DNA from: Balanoglossus misakiensis
Lineage: Eukaryota > Animalia > Hemichordata
NCBI GenBank assembly: GCA_040954595.2
Contig: CM082591.2
Location: forward strand, 8,658,380-8,722,379
Length of the DNA: 64,000 nt
Direction: 5' to 3'
The position numbers and the translations under genes were made by a program. Below the pieces are notes generated by a model that was given only the letters and a program-made list of their open reading frames with translations, was not told where the DNA came from and searched no databases. This document shows positions 52,391 through 63,770 of this stretch, in pieces (the first letter of the stretch is position 1; every line of letters starts with the position of its first letter).

Positions 52391-53440
52391 ATGTTCTCAG
52401 TCGCTTCAAGACCCCTCGTCGATAGAAGTAGAAAACAGTTTCGGCCTGACGGACATTTTCCGGAGGAAAACGACGATGCCAGACGTTCAAACCTGCTTGG
52501 CATCTTGCAGACGTCAGTTCCCGATGGTTGTTACCAAGCCATGCGTGAGAAAACTTTCCAAGCATCGGAAGAAGTATCGGACTGTGTAATAATCGACGGA
52601 TTCTCCGAGGAAACAGAGTCAATTTTGTTGGATGACCCAAAAGAAATGGAAGAAAATGAAATTTTAAAGATTGCAAATTTATCCAATACTACTGATGAAT
52701 TTCTTTCAAAACTTAAGAATATAAATTATAGTGATTATGATATTCATATGTTAGAAAGCAAAACTGTAGGTCAGCATTGTAACAGTTTATGGCGCAAGCA
52801 ACGTACCGGAAGACTGACTGCATCAAAGTTTTACTCAATATATACAAAGGTGAATACAATTAAAAGTCATGCAAATAATGTACATAATGTTGATTCTCTT
52901 TTAAAAACAATATTTGGACATGATAGTTCTATTGACACTGTTGAATCCGTTAAGCACGGTCGAACACTTGAACCAGAAGTGAAGAAATTGTACATCGACC
53001 TGATGAGCAAACATGAAGGGTTTTGTCAAAGGGAGTGTGGTCTGTTCATTGATAAGCAGAAGCCTTATCTTGGTGCTTCTCCCGATCTTGTTGTAAGCTG
53101 TAAATGTTGTTGAGTGGGATTAATGGAATGTAAATGTCCCTTCCGAGTTCGCCATGAAGTTCCGTCGGTGTATAATTTAGAGTACATACAATTAGATGAT
53201 AGTGGAAGTGTTAAATTGAAAAAGAATCACCATTATTTTGCACAAGTTCAAGGTCAGATGGCAATAACCGGCACACAGTGGTGTGATCTTTTCATATATA
53301 CTTTTGCAGGGCATCTTAAATTTCGTGTTTACTTCGATGAGAAATATTGGTCAGACCTTGTGACCAACCTCGACTATTTTTTTCATACATATGTAACTAA
53401 TGAGTTATTAACTTCTTCTGTACCTTATAATTGTCAATGA
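52391..53440 (+). pseudogene. YqaJ / lambda-exonuclease-like protein with one in-frame TGA (53111-53113)
   Basis: WRKQRTGRLTAS, GRTLE, CGLFI, LGASPD, CKCC*VGLMECKCP, YFAQVQGQM; both ORFs share a frame; start uncertain. Confidence 0.88.
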
Positions 53441-53449
53441 GGGATGGTG

Positions 53450-53467
53450 TGCGTATAGGTGCGTGTT

Positions 53468-53506
<39 letters not shown>
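53450..53506 (+). repeat. (GT)n microsatellite between the convergent ISL2EU genes
   Basis: Directly visible. Confidence 0.9.
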
Positions 53507-53508
<2 letters not shown>

Positions 53509-53673
53509 AAGACTTATAGTACTTATAGTACATTTAGAATTTCATATCAGGAAAGAAATAAAATGAGAAGTTTTTTATTTGAAAATTAACATTGTATTTA
53601 TTTCGTTACTCACAATATTGTGGAAAAAAACCGTGTTCTATAACACTACATGGTCCATACATCAGATCATGGC

Positions 53674-55311
53674 TCACATACACAGTTTTGGATATGTGTT
53701 ACATATCGCTGCACATATCGTAACGATGTCATCAGCTTTATCTAAAAGTGTGATTGGAAGCTCATTTTTCAAAATTTTGAATGTTTTCAACCTTCTTATA
53801 GCTTTTTCAACAAATATTCTCAAGTTTGCAATTTCTTTTGTTCGTAGAACGTCACGTTGGGACATTTGTTCGTCACCGCGTTTGCCAGGAGGCATGTGGA
53901 GATGACAGTGTCTAAGTAAGAGGTCATCAGCAATAGTATAACCTTTGTCTGCCATTATTTCGTCATTGTATTCCAGTATGTCGTAAAACCCGCACTGTCG
54001 AGTCAAGTAAACGTCAGACGTTCTCCCACCCCATGTCTCAGATATAAAATTAAACATCCCACATGGCATAATTGAAACTAAAAATTTAATTGTTTCATGA
54101 TGTTTGTATTCAGAAAATGTGGCTGCACGCACAACCGGATCCTTTGGTGCTTCAATGAAAACCTCGGTACAATCTATAATGTGTCTAACATTCTTATATT
54201 TTGATTTTCTGAATTTCGTGGGACAGTGTTGACTTGCCACTTCTCTCGGGGGATTGTAAATTAGACATTTCCATTCACGAGCTAAAAATCGCAACCACGT
54301 ATTGATGATGTTACTAACAGTGCTTGAACTTACACCAAAACGGTCAGCCAGATCTGCATTTGTGCTCCCGAGACGCAACTTCATCAGTGTTAGAAGGAAT
54401 TCATCCTTTTGTCGGAGTCGGCGACTTGGTCCAGATTTTGTTGGCGTCCGGGTAAACCTACGCACCCTAGTTGACAGTTTGCTCGGGCCCAGCCAGTATT
54501 TCAGTTTCAATGCCTTAATTCGAATAACATTATCAAATAAATTATCAAAAGTTTTTTTGTTTGGCAGTCCTGTAAAAAGTCTCGTTTTTCTATCATCAGA
54601 AAGATTTACATGACTGAAAGGCTGTTTGATTTTGTCGGTGAGTTTTTTTTCCAGATTATCCACCTCTCGTTTCAATATACCTGTATATTGCCTCAGCAGG
54701 TGAATCTCCCTGTCTTTGGCTTTCAATTTCTCGGCACATATTTCATTTGTACATGTGCTGGGTTCACAAGGTGGAGAGCAATAATCATGATCGTTTGTAG
54801 GCTTATGAGTTAATATGGGTGATGGTGGTGTAAATGACGGCATATTGGCAGAGTCCTGTGGTGCATCGCTGGTTGTTGGCAAAGATGCGCATTCGCCACT
54901 TCCACTATCAGTATCACACTCGACTATGTCAACGACCCTGCTCACTGGACTCCGTCTGGACTTGATGACGTGCCGTTTAGAATCAACATAGCCGAGGTGC
55001 AGAATGGGATCAGGGTGTTTACTCGTTGGTCTACCGTCTATGAAATGGCGAGAACAAACCCTGGAATATCTGTTTGGTTTCCAATTTTTGCCGGTAGCGT
55101 CTTTTCGATTGATCAATCGTTGCCATCTGAGTCTTCCTGATGCATCTTTGAGTGCCGTTGGAAACGGGAAAAGGGCAAATGGTGGAGGACAATTGCACCG
55201 ACCCTGTCCAAATAAGCAATTGTGATTTGAACAGACCTCTGTCATCCATTTTTCCAACCTGGCGCCACTGTTTCCACAGTTGACTACGCAGCAATTACGA
55301 TGTCCTGGCAT
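53674..55311 (-). CDS. ISL2EU/Harbinger-type DDE transposase with N-terminal THAP and HTH domains
   Basis: CCVVNC...FP...W..INR...VCSRHF...P (THAP); LMKLRLG..DLADRFGVS (HTH); IIDCTE, GGRTSD, MADKGY, RIFVEKAIRRLK; 545 aa open. Confidence 0.93.
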   Translation of the reverse strand: MPGHRNCCVVNCGNSGARLEKWMTEVCSNHNCLFGQGRCNCPPPFALFPFPTALKDASGRLRWQRLINRKDATGKNWKPNRYSRVCSRHFIDGRPTSKHPDPILHLGYVDSKRHVIKSRRSPVSRVVDIVECDTDSGSGECASLPTTSDAPQDSANMPSFTPPSPILTHKPTNDHDYCSPPCEPSTCTNEICAEKLKAKDREIHLLRQYTGILKREVDNLEKKLTDKIKQPFSHVNLSDDRKTRLFTGLPNKKTFDNLFDNVIRIKALKLKYWLGPSKLSTRVRRFTRTPTKSGPSRRLRQKDEFLLTLMKLRLGSTNADLADRFGVSSSTVSNIINTWLRFLAREWKCLIYNPPREVASQHCPTKFRKSKYKNVRHIIDCTEVFIEAPKDPVVRAATFSEYKHHETIKFLVSIMPCGMFNFISETWGGRTSDVYLTRQCGFYDILEYNDEIMADKGYTIADDLLLRHCHLHMPPGKRGDEQMSQRDVLRTKEIANLRIFVEKAIRRLKTFKILKNELPITLLDKADDIVTICAAICNTYPKLCM

Positions 55312-56002
55312 TCTTAGACCTAGATAAAATACAATTTATAATAATTTTCTGATTGAATCATTACTAGCCCCCCTATAGTCAAAATAACAAGTGGGTCTCA
55401 CAACACGCAACTCGTAGTAAGTCAGAATGACTTTTAGTGACTTTCAGGCCTGAGGACATCGAGGTAGAAGACGACCGAGACCTTCAGCTGCATCCCCGGC
55501 AGCGGTCTTTGTTTTACCGCCGAAACGAGCTGCCGATGCGATGCCCGTAACTTGTTACCGATCAGAGAAATATTCGAGAATATCGCCAATGTACCACATC
55601 ACAGTTTTTTTCTCTATTTATGAAACGGCTAACATCTTAAAGTAATTATTTTGCGATGATTCGGCTCCAGTAGAAGTGAACGTAACTTGAACTAGCATAA
55701 CTTTACCCGGGCCGGACGTCGAAGAAGCCCGTAATAATAGTCAGTAATTTTTCAGTTTTGAAGAGAATAATTCTGCAAAATAGCTGTAGAGGACACTAGT
55801 AAATGTCACCATGTGTAAAATATAGGGAGGGAGTCTGAAGAAATAATCAATACGCACCTGTTTCGGACGATAACTTCCGTGTTATTGTTGTGGTCAGTGT
55901 CTATTGTTTACCCTGGTTACGCAAGAGAGCGCCCGTTGATGCCCACTTGACCTTTGCCCCAACCCCACAATGCATCGCGCGCCTGAGATTCGTGATTCGT
56001 GT

Positions 56003-56020
56003 ATCCCGCAGATGCCACCA
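56003..56020 (-). other. Gypsy primer-binding site (tRNA-Leu-like, tentative)
   Basis: - strand TGGTGGCATCTGCGGGAT starting 2 nt after the 5' LTR. Confidence 0.8.
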
Positions 56021-56022
56021 AT

Positions 56023-56539
56023 TGTGACGGAAGCCCGGGCGTTCCGCCTATGGAAAACCGGTAGCGCAGACGGACCCGCTCGAGCCTCTCACAAACAGCG
56101 CTGTCTTCACACACGCGGCGGTAGGAACTCGCCGGAAAGCAAGCGTCTCGTCGAAGAAATCTGCCCACACCGAGCAGCTGAGGTAAACACGTCTCAGATC
56201 TCGCGATCGGTGACCCGGGCCGGCTATCCGGGAGGGATGAAACAGGACTAAACAGGAAAAGTCGCACAGGGCCGAAACTGGGGTTCCTTCCTCAACAGTA
56301 CCACGCCAAAACTCTACAAAACAACATGGTTGCAGGCTAAAACGAGGCTAAACATGTGACCCAGAACGCACTTCTGATTGGTGTAGATACACCAAGGGCA
56401 AGATAGGGAAAACCATCCATCCTTGTCAACCGTACAAGACAACCCAAAACGGTCACCATGGTAACACCACCACGACAGTGAAGCCATAGAAAAACACCAT
56501 GCCAAATAATAAATCACATGGAATAGCAATTCCATAACA
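56023..56539 (-). repeat. Gypsy 5' LTR (517 bp)
   Basis: Direct repeat of 44543-45060, adjacent to the PBS. Confidence 0.95.
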
Positions 56540-56667
56540 ACATATATATCATGAGTGATTTACATAATTATTTATATTTAATTAATTATTTATAAATAAT
56601 TTAAGTGCAAGTCTATGATATATATATCATGAGTGATTTACATAATTATTTATATATAATGAATTAT

Positions 56668-56835
56668 TAGCTCTGCTGTCACTTGTGTCAGCCGAGCAGT
56701 AGCAGTAGGTTGATAAGTGTCCGTCCGTCGTCCGTCCGTCGCCCGTCAACTTTTAGTATTTCAATCTTCTTCTTTAAAACGACATGGCATATTTAGCTGA
56801 AATTTGGGTGGAATGTGTGTTATGGTGCCTCTACC
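56668..56835 (+). mobile_element. 5' fragment of Helentron/DINE-1-like family A
   Basis: Matches the start of 19887-20452. Confidence 0.75.
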
Positions 56836-58728
56836 AGTCCCCAGACCAGGAACTGGCGACCCGCCGTTTGTTTCCAACGCCAAATTTGATTCTAATGTTG
56901 AATTTACGAGAAAACAATTTATCTGACCTGTAGTTTTCTTGGCTCGCTTACGTTTTAATTTGGAAATTTACTTTAACAAATCATACGCCACCGTTTTGAT
57001 GACTGGCCCCTATTTTAATAATGGTATCGCCATTACCGGCCAACCTTTGACCTCGGGGACCACAATGTGGAGCTTTCGATCAGCTTTTCGCGTTTCAATC
57101 AAACATTGAAATCACGGGCTAAAATCACTGACTAGTTTATACCTTTTTCGCTGTTTCATCTAACCTTTGAAAGGAGTATAGTAAAAATGAAATGACGGCG
57201 TGTAATGTGCATTTCTTGTTCACGTGTGGAGACTATATGTGTGCGTAATGATCCAAATGCAGGGGTTGTGTGAACAGGCCTTAAATAATGAGTTGGCGTT
57301 AAGTAATGAGTTGGCGTTAAATAATAAGTTGACAAACGGCGAGAGTGCATTTTTCATGGTTTAGAAATCACTTATTTATATATAATTCATTATATATGAA
57401 TAATTATGTAAAGCACTCATGATATATATATATAATAGACTTGCACTTAAATTATTTATAAATAATTAAGTAAATATAAATAATTATGTAAATCACTCAT
57501 GATATATATATATACACTTAAATTTGTATTATTTATAAATAATTTATGATATATAAATAATTATGTAAATCACTCATGATATATATATAATACACTTACA
57601 TTTTTATTATTTATAATTAAATTGTCAGGACTTAAATGGTTTGCAAATCTATAATTACATACATATAAGTATGTTAAATAACGACTTTTGAACAAATAAT
57701 ACAGCTAAATAATAAGTTAACACATGGCACCCCATACGGCCCACCCGAATAGAACTCAACTAGCAGTAAGTTGCATGTATATAATGTTGATACCCATTTA
57801 CTAAAATTCCCTAGTAAAACGTTTACTTACATTCATCAAAGTGGTATCTGACAGATTTTCTTGCCGACGTCGACTTCACTGCTGGCAACTTGGCTTCTGT
57901 CGTCTGCAGCGGATAGCTCCAAAACGAGGCTGGGCGGAAATGACGCAATGCAAGAGACGCGCTTTTTAAAAAATATAGCTCCGTTTTGTCAGATAACGGT
58001 AAAGTATCATCTACGCAGTACGTGTAAAAAAAACTGTAATTTGTTTTCACGTTTAATTCTATCAAATGAAAATATACAACATCATGCTTGGATATTGGAG
58101 CATATTTTCTACGAAGATGGTATTTTTCTAACCAATTGTATGTGGATTTACCAAAAAGTGTGTTTCTTCAAAGCATTTGGTAAGGATCTCTGACGAAATA
58201 AAATACAGTACACTGTCGATCATTCAGTTCAGCTTACTATTTACACGATATCGGAAACTTGATCGTACTACTGTCGTATCTCTGACAGAGATAAGTGGCA
58301 TACTGAAGGATTCAAATTGCTAAGCAATGGTAGATATGGATATTTTTTCAAAATCAAGCAAAATGCTACTTTTTCTTGATTTTCTTTACATTGATTGATA
58401 CAGAACCATGTCAGTGAGTGAGTGAGCGGTTGGTGATTAACGTGAGTGAGTGAATGAGTTTAGGAATTTGTTATGGACCGGTTTAATAATCATGATGAAG
58501 ACATTGCCTCAGAAATAATTAACAGCATTGTGTGTCGGGTAATATTTTTGTTGCTCATTTTCACGAAAATGTATAATAAACTCTGAAAATTATCGCCCGT
58601 TTTTGTTCATCCATTCTTGGCAGTGGCCGGCTACCGTACAACAATAAACAGTGAGTGGACTATTTTGTTATTGTTTAATACAATTGCCCTGTATGTCCCT
58701 TGAACAATTATATAATCTTTTTCTTCAG

Positions 58729-59009
58729 ATTATGACAGAAATTTCAAGAAAAAGAGTAAGTACTTCCTACAAGAGGTACTTGAAGGCCCAAACTGGTTAT
58801 GACAGTATTCCTACAAGTTCAAAACGATCGTTTATGGAAAGTCTGGCTCACGTTCATAATGAGAATGAGGACAACACTGCAACTGTTCCGGATGTTACAT
58901 CTCATTCTGTAACCAGTGACCAAGACGCTGATGGGACTGCATCAGATAATTACAATCGGCATACTCCAAACTTAGATTCTGAACATCACGACCAACAGGG
59001 GAATGTCAG
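58729..59009 (+). other. Possible isolated coding exon of unknown origin
   Basis: ttttcttcag acceptor, ATG 58732, open hydrophilic frame MTEISRKRVSTSYKRYL..., cag|gtacg donor; no recognised domain. Confidence 0.35.
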
Positions 59010-59980
59010 GTACGTTTATGACATAGTTAAACATTACACAAATTACACACACTACCCAATGGCAGACTTATGGCAGACTGTACTCATAAAATTCGGCTCT
59101 ATTTTTAAACATCTTCGTGTTATTTTATTTTAGGTTAGTACCTTTACATTTTGTGTGTTTCTAAGGCAAATGATCAATTGCTTTCCAACTTTTGATTTTT
59201 GAATATCACCTCGGATTGGTCATTTTTGTTCGATTATATTTCTTACCTGTGTGTCGCTCGTTTGTAAACGTTGTAACCGCGTATCGTGTACTCGTATGTG
59301 ACGTGAGCTGCTGCTGGTAATCGGGCACGTACACAGTACGTGGCGACCCTGTGATTTATGCAAATATTATTCACGTAATAAGCCACCAGACCACCCATAT
59401 CTTTTTACCGGGCGCAGCATTCATTTACTAGTTCGTAGTACTAAATTGTGTACGGTGAATGTGTTTGAGTTCAAAACCAATTGACTTGAGTCTTTCTTGT
59501 ATATACATGTACGTGTCTTATTTTCTTTGTATCAATGTCGGTTGAGAATTCACTTGTCTTTTGTTATTTAGTTAATGGAAATGCAGGGTTTGTACGTGAC
59601 AAATGCTATCCGGAGTCCAGAGGTCGCGTTTACGTGTAAATCCTGTGCATTTGATACGCAAAAGAGGCATTCAGGACGCAATATTTCCTTGACCTGCAAG
59701 CATCGGGAACGCATAGCATGTAACTCAGTACGCGTTTCTAAGACAAACCGTGCACTCACGAGTCTGTGGGAATATATATGCACACTCTAAAGTGCAGTGA
59801 CACGCGTAAGCACACACGTCACCTGATTATTCCGAGCATTTGTTAAAATGTTGCAATATTTCGCGTTGCCACACTAATAAAAGTTTTAGCGATGATTAGT
59901 GTCCACTAACTAAGGGCGTTTGACATTTCTCGTGGTCATGAGGACACAGTCACTTCAAGCATGCTTCAAGGTCACGGAGA

Positions 59981-60183
59981 TAGACCATGAGCCAGTAGGG
60001 GTTTACCTCCCCCGCCCGGGGGAATTTTTGAGACAATGTTTTTCTGAAAGCCTATCATATACTGAGTAAAATTCACTTTGTTTGCCATCTGGGCACCGGG
60101 GCGTTTTCGAGTTATTGGCTTCTAAATTATATTGGGTAACGTATGTAGGAAAGCCTAAAAGTGCATATAAATTGACGTAGGGG
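59981..60183 (+). repeat. ~200-bp direct repeat, left copy
   Basis: tagaccatgagcc...attgacgtagggg, repeated at 61519-61719. Confidence 0.93.
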
Positions 60184-61518
60184 TTTTTTTTTTTTTTTTT
60201 TGTAATGATCTGATACTTTTTTTTTTTTTTTTTTTTATTTATTTCCATTCATTTAATCTTACATGTATCATAAAGATAAATCGTGTTTTGATGAAAAAAA
60301 ATAAATAAATAAATAAAAAATAATACTATATAAAAAGAGATTCACCAGGTACATTTGTTTAACAAAATAATTACATCTCAGACGGAAGCAAGGATTTTCT
60401 TCCAATAATGGGTGAAATCTAGATTATTATTCCTTTTGAGTATTTGGTGCATAAATTGTAGATATCTGTAAAATATATCGAAATTGGTTTTTGCTCTAAT
60501 GCTGTTAATATCATGTTGTAAATGGACCCATGAAGCGAATACACAATACTTTGCAATAGTAATGACAATGTTTACAAATCTATAAAGAGGATGACTGTAC
60601 ATAGTTTTGTAACCAAGAATAATAGTTTCTAAGTCGACCTCATGACATATGCCAAGTTTGCTGAGCAAAGCAGATAAACGCTGCCAAAAATCCCCTAAAC
60701 GTTGACATTTTAAAAATAGATGCTCATAAGAATCAGTTACATTACAAAGACAACATAGATCATTTTTACTAATTTTCCATCTTAAAAGATTGATGCCACA
60801 TGGCAAAATGTTATGCATAATCTTAAAGTTAAATTCAGCAAGTTTCCTATCACAACACAATCCAGTCGTTTGGTTAACCCATATAGTTCTCCACTGTAGT
60901 GGAGTAGTCATGGTCAAACGACGATTCCATGTATTTTCACAATATGGACGAATAAAACGATTTTGCACAAAAATACTGTAAAAAAATTTTGAAGTAAGGC
61001 GAGACAGATCATTAGGTAAAACAAAAACTTTTCCATTGACATGAAGAAAATTCTTTTCTCTACGCATCTGATGCAACTGAGTACCTTTCAACACAGACTT
61101 CCATTCTCTGGGAATAAGATTCCGCAACTTCATCCATTCAACTATCCAATTTGACTTATTCTCGAGTTTTTGTAACAACAGTGTAGGTGGAAGAAAATCG
61201 CCGTTGGTATCGACAATGTCCTGGACATAGATAATATTTGAGTGAATCCAACCAGGGAAAAAAAGAGTCTTACCATTATCTGAAATGTTGACATTACCCC
61301 AGATAATTTGATTACGCACATCTAAATGACTGAGTTTGGATAAAGTGACGCAACCACCTTTTGCACTATGCCAAGCTGAAATTACTTGTTTATAGAAAAA
61401 GGGAATTCTCTCGAGAAATGGGAAACAGGAAATGTTGCTAAAGTTGAAATGCATCAGCGTAATTGGTGAGAATAACACAGCAGAGAATGCTCAGCATGCA
61501 TCTTCGAAGAAAGGGTCT
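60184..61518 (-). mobile_element. 5'-truncated L1/Tx1-clade LINE (ORF2 C-terminus 60378-61478) with poly(A) tail
   Basis: FYKQVISAW, QIIWGN, FNFKIMHNILPCG, CCLC..DSYEHLFLKC (zf-RVT-like); poly(T) on + strand at 60184-60236. Confidence 0.85.
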
Positions 61519-61719
61519 TAGACCATGAGCCAGTAGGGGTTTACCCCCCCCCCCGGGGGAATTTTTGAGACAATGTTTTTCTGAAAGCCTATCATATACT
61601 GAGTAAAATTCACTTTGTTTGCCATCTGGGCACCGGGGCGTTTTCGAGTTATTGGCTTCTAAATTATATTGGGTAACGTATGTAGGAAAGCCTAAAGTGC
61701 ATATAAATTGACGTAGGGG
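61519..61719 (+). repeat. ~200-bp direct repeat, right copy
   Basis: Near-identical to 59981-60183; differences only in/near homopolymer runs. Confidence 0.93.
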
Positions 61720-62104
61720 GGTAAATTAGTCTTGTAAAATACTGTCTCTCTGAATGTATACCTAGAACAACAGGGAAGTATTTGGTATCAAAAGAAAGCT
61801 TAATAAACAAGCTTTCCATTAATTACAAAATAAAAGTGATATGACAAATCATGACATCAAAGTGACGTCATAAGTCAAAATACCCTTACGAAAATGGTGT
61901 TCTGTTCACCTATAAATGTGAGGTTTTGCAAAACACGTCTCTGAGCAATTGTACTGATGAAAACTGTGATGTGTTTGGTATCAACAGAAAGCTGATTCAG
62001 TAAAGTATCTAATTATTGCAAAAAATTGATATAATAATCAATTACGTCATCATTACGTCATACTTCCAAGTACCCTTACCAATTAGTGACTATGATGACA
62101 AGTT

Positions 62105-63770
62105 ATTACCCTAGGAGATAGGTGCCTTTAAATAAAAAAATTGGTAAGGAAGGTTTGTGAACTCCATTCTATGTAAACAATGGTGCTGATTCCAAAAAAG
62201 TCAGTCTTATTGACCCCACCCAAGACAAAATTGCCAGGCCAAGGTCATTTTTAGAAAACACTAAAAACACACTATTTTCGTCACATTCGAAGATCTGATG
62301 ACATATGATATGCCTATTCTATGTAAAATTTGGTTGATATTACGAAAAAAGCAGTCTGACTGACCCCATCCTAGACAAAATTGCCATTTTGGCACTTTTT
62401 TGCCCAAAGAAGGTCATTTTTAGAAAACACTAAAAACACACTGTTTTCATTACATTCGAAGATCTGATGAAATATGATATGCCTATTCTATGTAAAATTT
62501 GGTTTAAATTACGAAAAAAGCAGTCCGACTGACCCCAAACGAGACAGAATTGCCTTTTTGACCATTTTTTGCCCAAAAACGTCATTTTTAGACAAAACTT
62601 AAAACACACTCTTCTCTTCATATTGATTGATTTGATGATATATGGAAAGTCAATTCTATGTGTAAAGTGGTGACTATAAAACATAAAGCAGTCTTTTTGA
62701 CCCCAATCAATACAAAAATGCCATTTTTGGCCACATTTTTGAGGTCAAAAAAGGTCATTTTTACAAAAAAACTAAAAACAAACTGTTTTCTTCATATTCA
62801 GAGATCATGTGATATATGAAAAGTTTATGCTATGTAAAATAGTTCTGATTCCAGAAATAGCAGCCTTATTGACCCCCACTCAAGGCAAATGTGCCATTTT
62901 TGCCACTTTTTGCCCCAAAAATGTCATTTTTTGAAAACACTCAAAACTTATACATTTTCTTCACTTTCGGAGATCTGATAATGTATTATATACCCACCCT
63001 GTGTAAAATTTGGTAGGTATTCAAAAAAGTAGGTTATTGGCGCCACTCAAGATTAAAGTGCGTTTTTTGGCAAGTTTTTGCCCAAAAAGGCCATTAAAAA
63101 AAATAAGCAAACTTTTTTCTTTATATTTGGAAATTTGATCATGTATGAAAAGTCCATTTATGGAAAAATTGGTGTTGACTCTAGAAAAAGCAATCTTATT
63201 GATCTCAATGAAGATGAAAATACTTTTTGCCCAAAAAGGGTCATTTTTTAGAAAATACTAAAAACATGCTATTTTTTTCCCTTTGGTGATCTAATAATAA
63301 ATAAAAGTCCCTTCTATCTTAAAAGTAGCGATTTTTCCAAAAAAGCACTCTTACTGACTTCACAGAGGGAAAAAATGCCATTTTGGCCACTTTGCTCAAA
63401 AAAGGTAACTGTTTGAAACTTCTTTCTTTATTTTCAGAGATCTTATGATGTACGGAGAAGGTCCATTTTTGTTGAAAGGGAGCCGATTCCAAAAAAAAAT
63501 TATTTTCAGCCCTACAAAATTGTCATTTTGGCCATTTTTTGGTCAAAAAGGTCATTTCAAGAAAAAATGAAAACAAGCTGTTTTTTCTTCGTATTTAAAT
63601 GTTTGATTATGAATGGAAAGTCCATTTTTTGCAAAAAATATGCTGATACCAACACAACAGTCTTATTAAGACCCCACTCAATACAAAATTGCCACTAAGC
63701 CATCTTCTAGTCAACAATTGTCTTTTTCAGAAAACAAAGTAATTGGTGTTTTTTGCCTTTTGAGTTTTGA
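62105..63770 (+). repeat. Degenerate tandem satellite, ~170-bp unit, about 9-10 copies
   Basis: Recurring cagtcttattgacccc / aaggtcatttttagaaaa / gatctgatga / ttctatgtaaaa; gcctattct at 62312 and 62481 (169 bp apart). Confidence 0.85.

Larger units (their letters stand above)
51819..56002 (-). mobile_element. ISL2EU (PIF/Harbinger group) DNA transposon, 4184 bp
   Basis: AT TSD at 51817-51818 and 56003-56004; TIRs 51819-52400 and 55450-56002 nearly identical except a 29-bp indel; convergent transposase and YqaJ genes. Confidence 0.92.
44543..56539 (-). mobile_element. Gypsy/Ty3 LTR retrotransposon, full length, with a nested ISL2EU insertion
   Basis: Two TG..CA LTRs, PBS, PPT, gag and pol in PR-RT-RH-IN order; flanking 4-mers ATAT / ACAT. 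Confidence 0.95.
44363..57736. mobile_element. AT-rich foldback/MITE host element split by the Gypsy insertion
   Basis: tatggggtgccatgtgttaacttattatttagc... (44363-44542) is the reverse complement of ~57580-57736; internal AT-rich subrepeats at 56541-56665 are inverted at ~57365-57590. Confidence 0.75.

Noticed and set aside
53111-53113. Selenocysteine or programmed readthrough at the YqaJ TGA
   Set aside because: The position corresponds to a usual Gly, so a single GGA>TGA mutation is simpler; no SECIS was recognised.
62105-63770. Regular repeats as a CRISPR array
   Set aside because: The whole ~170-bp unit repeats with decay, there are no unique spacers and no cas genes, and the context is eukaryotic.
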